From an uncultured Bacteroidales bacterium (GTDB lineage: Bacteria > Bacteroidota > Bacteroidia > Bacteroidales > VadinHA17): 64,000 nt of DNA. Positions 55,706 through 64,000 of this stretch are shown here, piece after piece. The notes below the pieces were generated by a model. That model worked only from the letters and a program-made list of their open reading frames with translations, had not been told where the DNA came from and did no database searches. Each line of letters starts with the position of its first letter. Position 1 is the first letter of the stretch. Location: contig CAWALO010000026.1 in the NCBI GenBank assembly GCA_963782945.1, forward strand, positions 36,742 through 100,741. The letters are read 5' to 3'. A program made the position numbers and the translations under genes.

Positions 55706-57199
55706 TTAAAACGTCGCCTTCATTACCCATACATAGTTCGAGGGCGGCATCTTTTTTATCTTCTCAGGTATCACTACTGAGAATCCTTTTTCAGTTTTCT
55801 TCCATTTAAGAGATGTATCTGTACCAACCATTTTTATCTTCGCTCCCTCTGGCAGAGAAAATGACGACATCCCGATTTGCGAAGGCATCTTCTCACCATC
55901 ATCAGCCAGATAATAAATATATATCGTATTATCTCCCTTTTTTGAGATGCAAACCTTGCCCTCTTTGAAAGGAGCCAAGGCCCTGGTACCGTATATTGCC
56001 TCTCCGTTCATCTTCATCCATGCCCCTATATCATCAAGCAGCTTGTATGCATCATCATGCCACTGACCCTCCGGACCCGGCCCAATATTAAGAAGCAGAT
56101 TCCCTCCCTTTGTAACAATATCGACAAGCATCTGCACAACTGCCTTTCCGCTCATATATTTTGCATCAGGAGACCAGGACCATCCTCCGCCGGCAGTAAT
56201 ACATGACTCCCATGGATAAGGGAGAGCTTTTTCAGGAACCCTGTTTTCAGGTGTCAGATAGTTTTGATTCTTACCATAAACTGCCCTGTCAACAACAATT
56301 AACCCCGGCTGTACTCTTCTTGCCTTTTCAACCAGTTCATCCATCCTTATATCCTGACTCTGAATTTTGGAAGCTTTATAACCGGTAGCCATTATATAGT
56401 TGTATACTTCCTCCCTCGACATATTCTTAATCTGGTCAATATACCTGTAAACCTCCTCCTCTGCCAGTTTCTGCACCTGTCCGCCATCGAGCCAGAGAAT
56501 ATCTATTTTACCATAATCTCCTCCCAGAAGTTCCATTATCTGTCCCTGTGTGAATTGTACAAAAGCTTCCCACCTGTCAGGATATCTGGCTATATCATAA
56601 TTAACGTTCCTGTCAGGAGTGGCAAAATTTGGCCACCAGTAATTTTCAGAGTGCCAGTCAGGCTTTGAAAAATATGCACCTGCCCATAACCCTTGTGCCC
56701 TGAAAGCATCAAAAACCTCTTTGGTAACATTGGCCTTCGGATCTGAATGAAAAGGAGTCTTGTCGCCTGTTATCCTGTAATCAGTCAGCCTGGTATTGAA
56801 CATGCTGAATCCGTCATGGTGCTTGGTTGTGAAGACTACATATTTCATCCCTGCATCCTTTGCGGCTTTTGCCCATCTGGAAGGATCAAACAGTACAGGA
56901 TTGAATGTTGTCTGAAGGTTTTCATAATCCTTCTTGTACTGAACATAGTCCGGGTTATTCCTTCTGCACCATGGTTCATCCTCGGCACAGATCGACCATG
57001 ATTCAACAACTCCCCACTGGCTGTATGGCCCCCAGTGCATCAGCAGGCCGAATTTCAGATCCTGCCATTTTTCAAGTTTTTCCAGTACAAGCGGATCCGT
57101 TTCCGGAACATATCTGCTATCCTCTTCCTGCGCAGAAACAGGGACTAAACTTCCTGCAAAAATTGCAGCTGTCAGAATAATAAGAAATTTGATTCTCAT
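55706..57199 (-). CDS. alpha-L-fucosidase (GH29), second paralogue
   Basis: FGLLMHWGPYS, KYVVFTTKHHDGFSMFNT and NLLLNIGP motifs, with a signal peptide. Confidence 0.85.
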   Translation of the reverse strand: MRIKFLIILTAAIFAGSLVPVSAQEEDSRYVPETDPLVLEKLEKWQDLKFGLLMHWGPYSQWGVVESWSICAEDEPWCRRNNPDYVQYKKDYENLQTTFNPVLFDPSRWAKAAKDAGMKYVVFTTKHHDGFSMFNTRLTDYRITGDKTPFHSDPKANVTKEVFDAFRAQGLWAGAYFSKPDWHSENYWWPNFATPDRNVNYDIARYPDRWEAFVQFTQGQIMELLGGDYGKIDILWLDGGQVQKLAEEEVYRYIDQIKNMSREEVYNYIMATGYKASKIQSQDIRMDELVEKARRVQPGLIVVDRAVYGKNQNYLTPENRVPEKALPYPWESCITAGGGWSWSPDAKYMSGKAVVQMLVDIVTKGGNLLLNIGPGPEGQWHDDAYKLLDDIGAWMKMNGEAIYGTRALAPFKEGKVCISKKGDNTIYIYYLADDGEKMPSQIGMSSFSLPEGAKIKMVGTDTSLKWKKTEKGFSVVIPEKIKKMPPSNYVWVMKATF

Positions 57200-57246
57200 C
57201 TGATAAATAATTTGATATTAATTATACTTTAACAGAGGTCTGGCTC

Positions 57247-58374
57247 TCAGGAAAAGTCAAAACCGGAAATATATGCCGGCGAGTCATAAAAATACTCCTT
57301 CTCATCTTCAGTCAGATTAATGAACTTGGTATAAACAAGTCCGGGTTTTGCATTCAGCATCCTGTTCAATGCACCCATCCTGACCACTGTCCTTATGATA
57401 TTGTAAAGCTGGCTCCTGTCGTCAAGCCATATAAGTCCGGTATTGAAGTTCTCAGAAGCACAAGCAGATTCAAAGAGAGGCGCAAGCAATTTTTCACTTC
57501 CCTTCTTGCAGTAAATCGCATCCAAAACAAGGTACCTGAATTCCCCTGGTCTGAAAAGTCTGCGGAAATATGGTATTTTCGGAAGCACTTTCATCATCAC
57601 CCAACCCCATACGCCCGGAACATCATATACCTTGAAAGCTGCAGGTATGGCTGAAACACCGGCAATAATCTCTTCGTTATCTTTCAATACATAATATTTA
57701 TCTCCGTAAAAAGAATATTCCGTTGTAAAAAACGAGTATCCCCTGTAATAATCAAGAAGCAGTTTCTCCATTGCCGGTCTATCCTTTTCATTGAGCCGTG
57801 AGACACGTTTATCAATCACGGGTGAGAACCGGCTGAATGCAACCGTCAGGAACGATCTTATATATTCATATCCTGCCTGCTGCACCAGATTTTTCGATCT
57901 CTCATTCATGCTTTCCACGAACGCATACATAACATGCTTATCTCCTTCAAATACATTCTGCAGATCAAGAAGATGAGGCTTGCTGAAGATCTCAAGGGTT
58001 TTTTGCTTGAAGCTATCGTCTTTTTCAGGTTTTATAGTTTCATTGGTACGCTTTCTCCATGTTTTATCAGACTGGTAGGTTGACTGAAAAGCAAGATATC
58101 TCAGGTATGATGTAGGATAACGAAGCTTGCCCTGCCCTGAAATACGGAAACATGATCCAACAGTTCCTGTAATCTGGTTTTTCTTATAAAGGGAAACAAA
58201 TCTGATCTGGTCCTTGTATGCTGCAATGCGTTTTGCAACATCCTGAAGGGAGAACCTCATTCCGCCTTCAGATCCCTGTACCGCACGATTTAAAATGTCA
58301 ATCACTCCTTCATTCGCATGGTCGGAAACTCTGACTTCCAATCCCTTATAATTAAAAACACTCTTTTCAAACAT
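57247..58374 (-). CDS. hypothetical protein
   Basis: 375-aa ORF with good coding look. I recognised no motif with confidence. Confidence 0.5.
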   Translation of the reverse strand: MFEKSVFNYKGLEVRVSDHANEGVIDILNRAVQGSEGGMRFSLQDVAKRIAAYKDQIRFVSLYKKNQITGTVGSCFRISGQGKLRYPTSYLRYLAFQSTYQSDKTWRKRTNETIKPEKDDSFKQKTLEIFSKPHLLDLQNVFEGDKHVMYAFVESMNERSKNLVQQAGYEYIRSFLTVAFSRFSPVIDKRVSRLNEKDRPAMEKLLLDYYRGYSFFTTEYSFYGDKYYVLKDNEEIIAGVSAIPAAFKVYDVPGVWGWVMMKVLPKIPYFRRLFRPGEFRYLVLDAIYCKKGSEKLLAPLFESACASENFNTGLIWLDDRSQLYNIIRTVVRMGALNRMLNAKPGLVYTKFINLTEDEKEYFYDSPAYISGFDFS

Positions 58375-58391
58375 TTCTCTCTGCTGTTGTT

Positions 58392-59151
58392 TTATTTTTG
58401 CTTGTTATCCAGACTCCCAAACACTTTCTGAAGTATGGGAGAGATTCGGGCTGAAACATCCTTTCGTATCTTAAGTTCCTCAAGTTCAACCTTTAAAAAC
58501 ATTCCATCCAATGCTTTTTTTGTAAGGTAATCATCGAGGTCAGTGTTGACAGGCTTCAGACCTGCCAGCCTGCCTGCTGCTGAATTGGAAAGTGTATTCC
58601 ATTTACCTGTCAGGGCAACCCACGAATCCTTTGTTGAAACGGAGCCTGCCAGCTTCTTTTCCGTTGAAGCGGCTAATTTTAGGTTTATATAAAGCATACA
58701 GTTCATTATAGGTTGTAAGCCTGAGGTATTGTGTTGCTGCATTATCGGCTCCGTTAAGGATATTAAATGCGTCTTTTATTGTCAGCTGTTTAATGCTGCC
58801 GGCAAAAATAGGAGCAGCCTCCTTTGCTGCGTCCTCAGCTGCCCTGTTAATCCTCAGCACAACGTCCTGTACAAGCTTTTCACCGCCGGGAAATTTCGAG
58901 AGATTATCAATAATTACTTTTGCATCATCGGGAAGAAGAATTTTAACAGTTGCATCACCAAAATAGCCATCCTGTGCACCAAGTATGCCCGACGAGTTTT
59001 TAGCCCCTGTAATAAGTGCCTCCTTAAGTCCGCTTACAACATCATTTTCTGTAAGAGGAGCCGGCCCGGTTGTCTGGAGAATTTTTTGCATTTCAGCACA
59101 AGCAGATGAAATTACAAGGAGAGTAATAAATATTATTGATATTGATTTCAT
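58392..59151 (-). CDS. DUF4197-family secreted protein, interrupted by a +1 frameshift in the T/A run at 58677-58680
   Basis: From the ATG at 59151: MKSISIIFITLLVISSACA...NAATQYLRLTTYNELYALYKPKISRF... The +1 frame continues (K)LAASTEKKLAGSVSTKDSWVALTGKWN...LKIRKD. Dropping one A of cctAAAAtt restores the frame. Confidence 0.75.
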
Positions 59152-59250
59152 TACAATTATTATTAAATAAAAATAGTGATCCGATGGGATCCGGCCATTC
59201 CGATGCAAGATAGGAAATAAGTCTTATGTCACAATGCCGGGAAGTGACTC

Positions 59251-59922
59251 TCAGGAGATAGTAGGTAAAAGTGCATTCGATATAAGAAGGTCTTCAGGAT
59301 TGGTGATTTTGATATTTTCCCTGTTTCCCTCTATAAGGTTTATCTTTTCACCGGTCCCTTCAAGAACTGTAGCATCATCAGAAAATTCGGGTTTATAATC
59401 CTGCAGATATGCTTTCTTTATAAGCTCAGCATTGAAGACCTGAGGGGTCTGGATCTGTTTAACATGTAAGCGGTTAACAGGCAGGTTCCCTGTTTCAGTG
59501 ACCATTCTGAGTGATTCAACAGGAGAGATCGTCGGAATGGCATTTCCAAGCTTTTCAGCAACAGAGAAACACCTCTGAATTGTGTCAAGGCTCACAAATG
59601 GTCTTACCCCGTCATGTATCGCTACCAGAGAAGGTGTGAGGACAAACTTAAGTCCGTTCCTTACCGAATAGTACCTTGTGGAACCTCCCTTAACGATTGT
59701 CTGAGGCACATCAAAGGAGTATTTTTTCTGAAGGTCGATCCAGTGCCTCAGCTGATTTTCGGGAAGAACCGTAATTATTTCAATAGATTCGTTGAACGCC
59801 TTGAATCGCTCAATAGTATGCATCAAAACAGGCCTCCCGGCAAGTTCAAGAAACTGTTTCGGAACCTCGGCTCCCATCCTCTTCCCGCTTCCTCCCGCTA
59901 CTATTACAACGTATAACTGCAT
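59251..59922 (-). CDS. ispD: 2-C-methyl-D-erythritol 4-phosphate cytidylyltransferase
   Basis: VIVAGGSGKRMG..VPKQF and IHDGVRPF motifs. Confidence 0.9.
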   Translation of the reverse strand: MQLYVVIVAGGSGKRMGAEVPKQFLELAGRPVLMHTIERFKAFNESIEIITVLPENQLRHWIDLQKKYSFDVPQTIVKGGSTRYYSVRNGLKFVLTPSLVAIHDGVRPFVSLDTIQRCFSVAEKLGNAIPTISPVESLRMVTETGNLPVNRLHVKQIQTPQVFNAELIKKAYLQDYKPEFSDDATVLEGTGEKINLIEGNRENIKITNPEDLLISNALLPTIS

Positions 59923-59932
59923 ATATCAGTGG

Positions 59933-61585
59933 CTATTCCTTTGTATACAAAAATCTCTTTATGCTTCTCTTCGGTGTTTTTGCAAACTCTTCCGGATGGA
60001 TCCTGTATTTGCTGACAGACATAAAATCAGGGAGCCTCTCATTGACCTCTTTCCTGGTCTGGTCAAGGATGGAAGCAAGCTGTTCCTCCGAAATATTATC
60101 CCTCTTCATCATTTCATAATCCGGGAAAATAAGTCCGATCAACTTATTATCTTCAGATATAACAACCGACTCCATAATATAGTTCTTGTTATTTATTACA
60201 GATTCAATCTCCTCAGGATAGATATTTTTTCCTGATGGTCCGAGTATCATACTCTTGCTTCTGCCCTTAATGAATATATTCCCCTCTTTGTCAATAACAC
60301 CCAGATCGCCTGTATGCATCCAGCCTTTACTGTCAATCATCTCTTTTGTTGCCTTTTCATTCTTGTAGTAGCCAGTCAGAACATTCTCTCCTCTCAGTAT
60401 GATCTCTCCGACAATCTTCTCCGGATCGGGAGAATCGATAGTCACCTCAAGGGTATCAACCGCCCTGCCCGAAGCACCAAGCTTTGTTGTATTCCATGAA
60501 GCATAGCTGATAAGCGGCCCGCACTCGGTCATCCCGTATCCAACAGTAAACCTGAATCCTATCTTCTTAAAAAACTTCTCTGCATCAGCATTGAAGGCGG
60601 CTCCGCCTATAACTATTTCATAAAACTTCCCGCCGAAGGTATCGGTCAGTTTCTCCCTGATCTTCTTATACAATATTTTATTTATACCCGGAATGGCAAG
60701 CAAAACCTTCATGTGCGGCTTGCTGATTACCGGAAGCAGCTGCTTCTTGAAGATCTTCTCAATTACCAGTGGAACAGAGAGAATGAGTCTGGGTTTTATT
60801 TCCTTAAATGCCTGAACCAGAATTTGCGGTGAAGGAGTTTTGGTGAGTATTGTAATATGGCATCCGAATGTAAAGGGAAAAAGGAATTCAAAAGCACAAC
60901 CGTAAGTGTGGGCAAGAGGCAGGAAAGAAACAAGCGGATCTCCCGGTTTCAGTGGCATATGATTCTGTGCAAACCTGACATTGCATGCCAGACTGTTATG
61001 TGTTATCATCACCCCTTTTGAAAAACCTGTAGTGCCTGATGTGTAGCTGATAACTGCAAGGTTGTCGTTAGAAATATCTGAGAATTTAATATCTTCTTTC
61101 CTGAGCTCCGGGTAGGCTTTTGAAAATTTCTCATCCAGATGTTCAAAACTCTCTTTCATGGCCGGGCTGAGTGAAGTAATCATGCTGAAGTCATCAAGAG
61201 AGACCACACCAATAATCTCTGCAATCCTGCTGAGCTCTATGCTCTCATAGATCTTGTCATCAACAAAAAGCAGCCTTGATTCCGAATGGTTGATAATATT
61301 TATCAGATCCTCAGGCTTAAAGTCAGGAAGAATAGGAACAATGACTGCTCCATATGTGACTGCAGCCAGATATGTAATGCACCAGTTGGCAGAATTTCTT
61401 CCGACAAGGGCAATTTTGTCACCCTCTCTTATGCCGGATTCTCTGAAAAGTGTATGAAATTTAAGGATCTTTTCTGCTATATCCTTGTAGGAATATTCTT
61501 TTTCCCTGTAATTTGACAAAGCCTCAATATCCCAGTTCTGAGTGATGCTTTGTTCTATATACCCTATTAATCTTTCCTTGATCAT
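59933..61585 (-). CDS. long-chain fatty acid--CoA ligase (AMP-binding family)
   Basis: YTSGTTGFSKGV (AMP-binding), GYGMTE and TGDLG motifs. Confidence 0.85.
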   Translation of the reverse strand: MIKERLIGYIEQSITQNWDIEALSNYREKEYSYKDIAEKILKFHTLFRESGIREGDKIALVGRNSANWCITYLAAVTYGAVIVPILPDFKPEDLINIINHSESRLLFVDDKIYESIELSRIAEIIGVVSLDDFSMITSLSPAMKESFEHLDEKFSKAYPELRKEDIKFSDISNDNLAVISYTSGTTGFSKGVMITHNSLACNVRFAQNHMPLKPGDPLVSFLPLAHTYGCAFEFLFPFTFGCHITILTKTPSPQILVQAFKEIKPRLILSVPLVIEKIFKKQLLPVISKPHMKVLLAIPGINKILYKKIREKLTDTFGGKFYEIVIGGAAFNADAEKFFKKIGFRFTVGYGMTECGPLISYASWNTTKLGASGRAVDTLEVTIDSPDPEKIVGEIILRGENVLTGYYKNEKATKEMIDSKGWMHTGDLGVIDKEGNIFIKGRSKSMILGPSGKNIYPEEIESVINNKNYIMESVVISEDNKLIGLIFPDYEMMKRDNISEEQLASILDQTRKEVNERLPDFMSVSKYRIHPEEFAKTPKRSIKRFLYTKE

Positions 61586-61613
61586 GGCCGGGTGTTTTAG
61601 GTTGTCTTTATAT

Positions 61614-62000
61614 TCAGATAAAATACATCACAAGTATTGATATAATTGAAAGGAGGTTAACTGCTGTAAAAAAGTAGTTATATCCCTCTCTTTTCTTGCT
61701 GAACTGTCCCAGCTTACGGGCAAAAATTCCAATTGTCGGGACAAACAGCACAACAAGGAAAGCAAAGAATTCCACACCGATAAAAACTTTATCCAGACCG
61801 CCGTCAACGAGTGCTGAAAGATAGACAACTATCAGCAATATAAGAAGGTAGAGAAGGTAGCTGCCTTTAAGAAGCAATGTTGAAACAAGCCTGCGCTTAT
61901 GAAGCTGATGTGGTTTCAGGTAAGCATAGGCAAGAGAAAAAACTATTACAATAAAAACTATTCCCAGAATGTGATTTAGTATCGCATTGAAATTGGCCAT
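61614..62000 (-). CDS. hypothetical integral membrane protein
   Basis: About four hydrophobic helices. I prefer the ATG at 62000 (MANFNAIL...) to the GTG at 62027. Confidence 0.45.
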   Translation of the reverse strand: MANFNAILNHILGIVFIVIVFSLAYAYLKPHQLHKRRLVSTLLLKGSYLLYLLILLIVVYLSALVDGGLDKVFIGVEFFAFLVVLFVPTIGIFARKLGQFSKKREGYNYFFTAVNLLSIISILVMYFI

Positions 62001-62023
62001 ATTAAAGGTGGATATTTTACAGA

Positions 62024-62995
62024 TCACGCTTCTTTAATTGACCAGATTAGCGAACTGGCTCCGAGGACTGCAGCGTTCTGTGTACTTAATTCCGAAGCGA
62101 GGAGTTTAACTTTATCCTTATAGATGCTCAGGAGGTTTTCCTCCATATAATCCTTAGCCGGTTCAAAGATCAGGTCTTTGGCCAGGGCAAGACCTCCGAA
62201 CAGAAATATTGCTTCAGGATTGGTATGGGCCACAACGTCGGCGAGTTTAAACCCCAGCATCCTTCCGGTATGGGTAAATGCCCTCTTTGCAATGTAGTCA
62301 CCCCTCACAGCGGCGTCATGGATAATTTTCGCGTCCAGTTCATCAAAGCTGTACTTTCTCAGTTCACTCGGTTCATTACTGTCGGCCATTATCTTAAGAA
62401 GAGATCTTTTAAGTCCGGTTGCTGATACATATGTCTCAAGACACCCTTTCCTTCCACATCCGCAATCACGGTTTGAAGGCCCCGGACGAATTGCTGTGTG
62501 TCCTATTTCACCGGCAAATCCGTCATGCCCGTAAACAAGTTTTCCGTCAATGACAAATCCGCTGCCCAGGCCTGTTCCAAGAGTGATAACAACAAAGTTT
62601 TTCATCTCCTTGGCCCCACCGTAAACCATCTCTCCTACAGCTGCTGCATTCGCATCGTTGGTAACGATGACTGGAAGAGCGGTGTGCCTTTTAAAAACAT
62701 CTGCAATAGGGACAATTCCCTTCCAGGGGAGACCTGCAGCATGTTCAATAGTTCCTTTGTTGATGTTACCCATAGGTGCGCCAATCCCGAATCCCACGAC
62801 CTCAATTCCATTCCCGATCTTCTGACCGGTAACAACTATTTTTTCGTACAAAGCCGCGACGAATACTTCAATCTCATCATAATGAGAAGTCTTTAAAGTA
62901 TCCTCTCCAAGGATATTACCTTCCCTGTCAACAAAACCAAAAACTGTATTCGTTCCTCCGATATCAATGCCTACTGCTACATCTTTCTTTGCCAT
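62024..62995 (-). CDS. ROK-family sugar kinase (glucokinase-like)
   Basis: VGIDIGGTNT, and the ROK zinc motif GHT...CGCGRKGCLE. Confidence 0.85.
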   Translation of the reverse strand: MAKKDVAVGIDIGGTNTVFGFVDREGNILGEDTLKTSHYDEIEVFVAALYEKIVVTGQKIGNGIEVVGFGIGAPMGNINKGTIEHAAGLPWKGIVPIADVFKRHTALPVIVTNDANAAAVGEMVYGGAKEMKNFVVITLGTGLGSGFVIDGKLVYGHDGFAGEIGHTAIRPGPSNRDCGCGRKGCLETYVSATGLKRSLLKIMADSNEPSELRKYSFDELDAKIIHDAAVRGDYIAKRAFTHTGRMLGFKLADVVAHTNPEAIFLFGGLALAKDLIFEPAKDYMEENLLSIYKDKVKLLASELSTQNAAVLGASSLIWSIKEA

Positions 62996-63064
62996 AATTC
63001 AGTATAATTAACAATAAGTAAAGGTAAATATAGATCAATAAATCTAAAGTTAATCTAAATTCCT

Positions 63065-64000
63065 TTATTCTATATATTCATTGCCTACCTTTCGTGCACG
63101 CTCCGGTTTATCAAGGTCAATCCCAAGTGAAATTCCTGTCTCCACAAGAATATTCCATCCTGCTGCAAGCTGTACATACTCAGCATACTGACCTCCATCA
63201 GGAATAATAATTGTCGGGAACATTGTTTTCTTAGTAGATACGGCAATGATATTCATCCCTACACCTTTCACCAGACACTCATTAAACTTTTCCTGTTCTG
63301 CGGCAAAAGGTTCTATCCAGATTAAAACCTCACTTTTATCCATCACCTCTTCGATACCATGAACGGCAAAAGTGCCTTCAAGATAATCTGATTTCTTTCT
63401 TGTTATCTCATTGGTTTTAAGGGCAAGTTCCTCAGCGACACCATTATTTCTGCCTGCAAAATATATTTTGCTTGATTTTCGAATAATTTCTGTAATGGAT
63501 GGATCAATTTTGAGCGTCAGAGCCTCTTCTGTTTTTTCAGCGAATTCTTTAAGCCCTTCCATTTTTACACCATGAAGATTCCTGAGCAGGGCATCATAAA
63601 ACATTCCCTGTTCAACAACAGACTTGGTTGCAGCAACAGCATCTTCCTTGCCGCATTTTAAAACGTGGGTTCCGTCTGCAATCTCTTCAAGCTTTGTATC
63701 CGGATTTGCTGTCAGTCCAAATACTGCATTGTGATTCTTCTTTTTCAGAGCTGTGGCCAGTCTGATCACCTCTTTGGTCTGTCCTGAGTTTGATGCTGCA
63801 AACACAGCAAAATCCTTCAGGTTATACTCCTCTGCCTGGGTGCATCCTTCTGTTGTTACCGGTCTTGAAAAATCCCATTTAAGGGAGGCACATATAGCTC
63901 TTTTTGCAGGAAAGATCCTGCTGCTTCCCTCACCTGTAAGAAATAATCCTTTACGGCTCTTTACAGCATCTGCAAATTTAGCTGCAACTCCCGGGTTAAA
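63065..64000 (-). CDS. SIS-domain sugar phosphate isomerase/aminotransferase-like protein; 5' end beyond the window
   Basis: The track ORF is extended by my translation of 63806-64000 (FNPGVAAKFADAVKSRKGLFLTGEGSSRIFPAKRAI...), which is open to the window edge. SNSGQTKE is a typical SIS motif. Confidence 0.7.
   Translation of the reverse strand, partial: FNPGVAAKFADAVKSRKGLFLTGEGSSRIFPAKRAICASLKWDFSRPVTTEGCTQAEEYNLKDFAVFAASNSGQTKEVIRLATALKKKNHNAVFGLTANPDTKLEEIADGTHVLKCGKEDAVAATKSVVEQGMFYDALLRNLHGVKMEGLKEFAEKTEEALTLKIDPSITEIIRKSSKIYFAGRNNGVAEELALKTNEITRKKSDYLEGTFAVHGIEEVMDKSEVLIWIEPFAAEQEKFNECLVKGVGMNIIAVSTKKTMFPTIIIPDGGQYAEYVQLAAGWNILVETGISLGIDLDKPERARKVGNEYIE

Overview
This is a 64-kb chromosomal fragment that looks like Bacteroidota. 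The evidence is a UpxY-type NusG paralogue, TAnnTTTG -7 promoter boxes in front of many genes, lipoprotein-rich gene content, an alpha-2-macroglobulin/PBP1C pair and BlaI/M56-TonB regulators. All family names come from motifs I recognised by eye in the translations; no database search was run.

I call about 55 protein genes and one tRNA-Val(GAC). There is no rRNA, no CRISPR array and no DDE transposase or integrase.

Gene content:
- Housekeeping: ileS, dnaG, ribE, ubiX, ispD, pruA, a UDP-xylose synthase, a ROK kinase and an acyl-CoA ligase.
- Envelope and capsule: UpxY, two Wzi-like barrels, a priming sugar transferase, and the A2M + PbpC pair.
- Glycan and lipid hydrolases: two GH29, one GH3, a DUF1080 protein and a beta-propeller-phosphoesterase fusion.
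- Accessory: an AbiEii toxin pair and an IS200-like Y1 (RAYT-like) transposase.

The non-genic architecture is the unusual part:
1. A 2,050-bp head-to-tail duplication carries the Wzi-like gene plus its upstream DNA.
2. Three copies of a 0.4-0.6 kb nested-palindrome element are present.
3. Many intergenic blocks of 7-14 nt tandem micro-repeats occur, often as inverted pairs.
4. The Y1 transposase gene is bracketed by mirrored hairpin triplets (REPtron-like).
5. Eight conserved genes are interrupted, and every one needs a +1 frame correction. This most likely reflects systematic insertion errors in the assembly, but it needs checking against reads.
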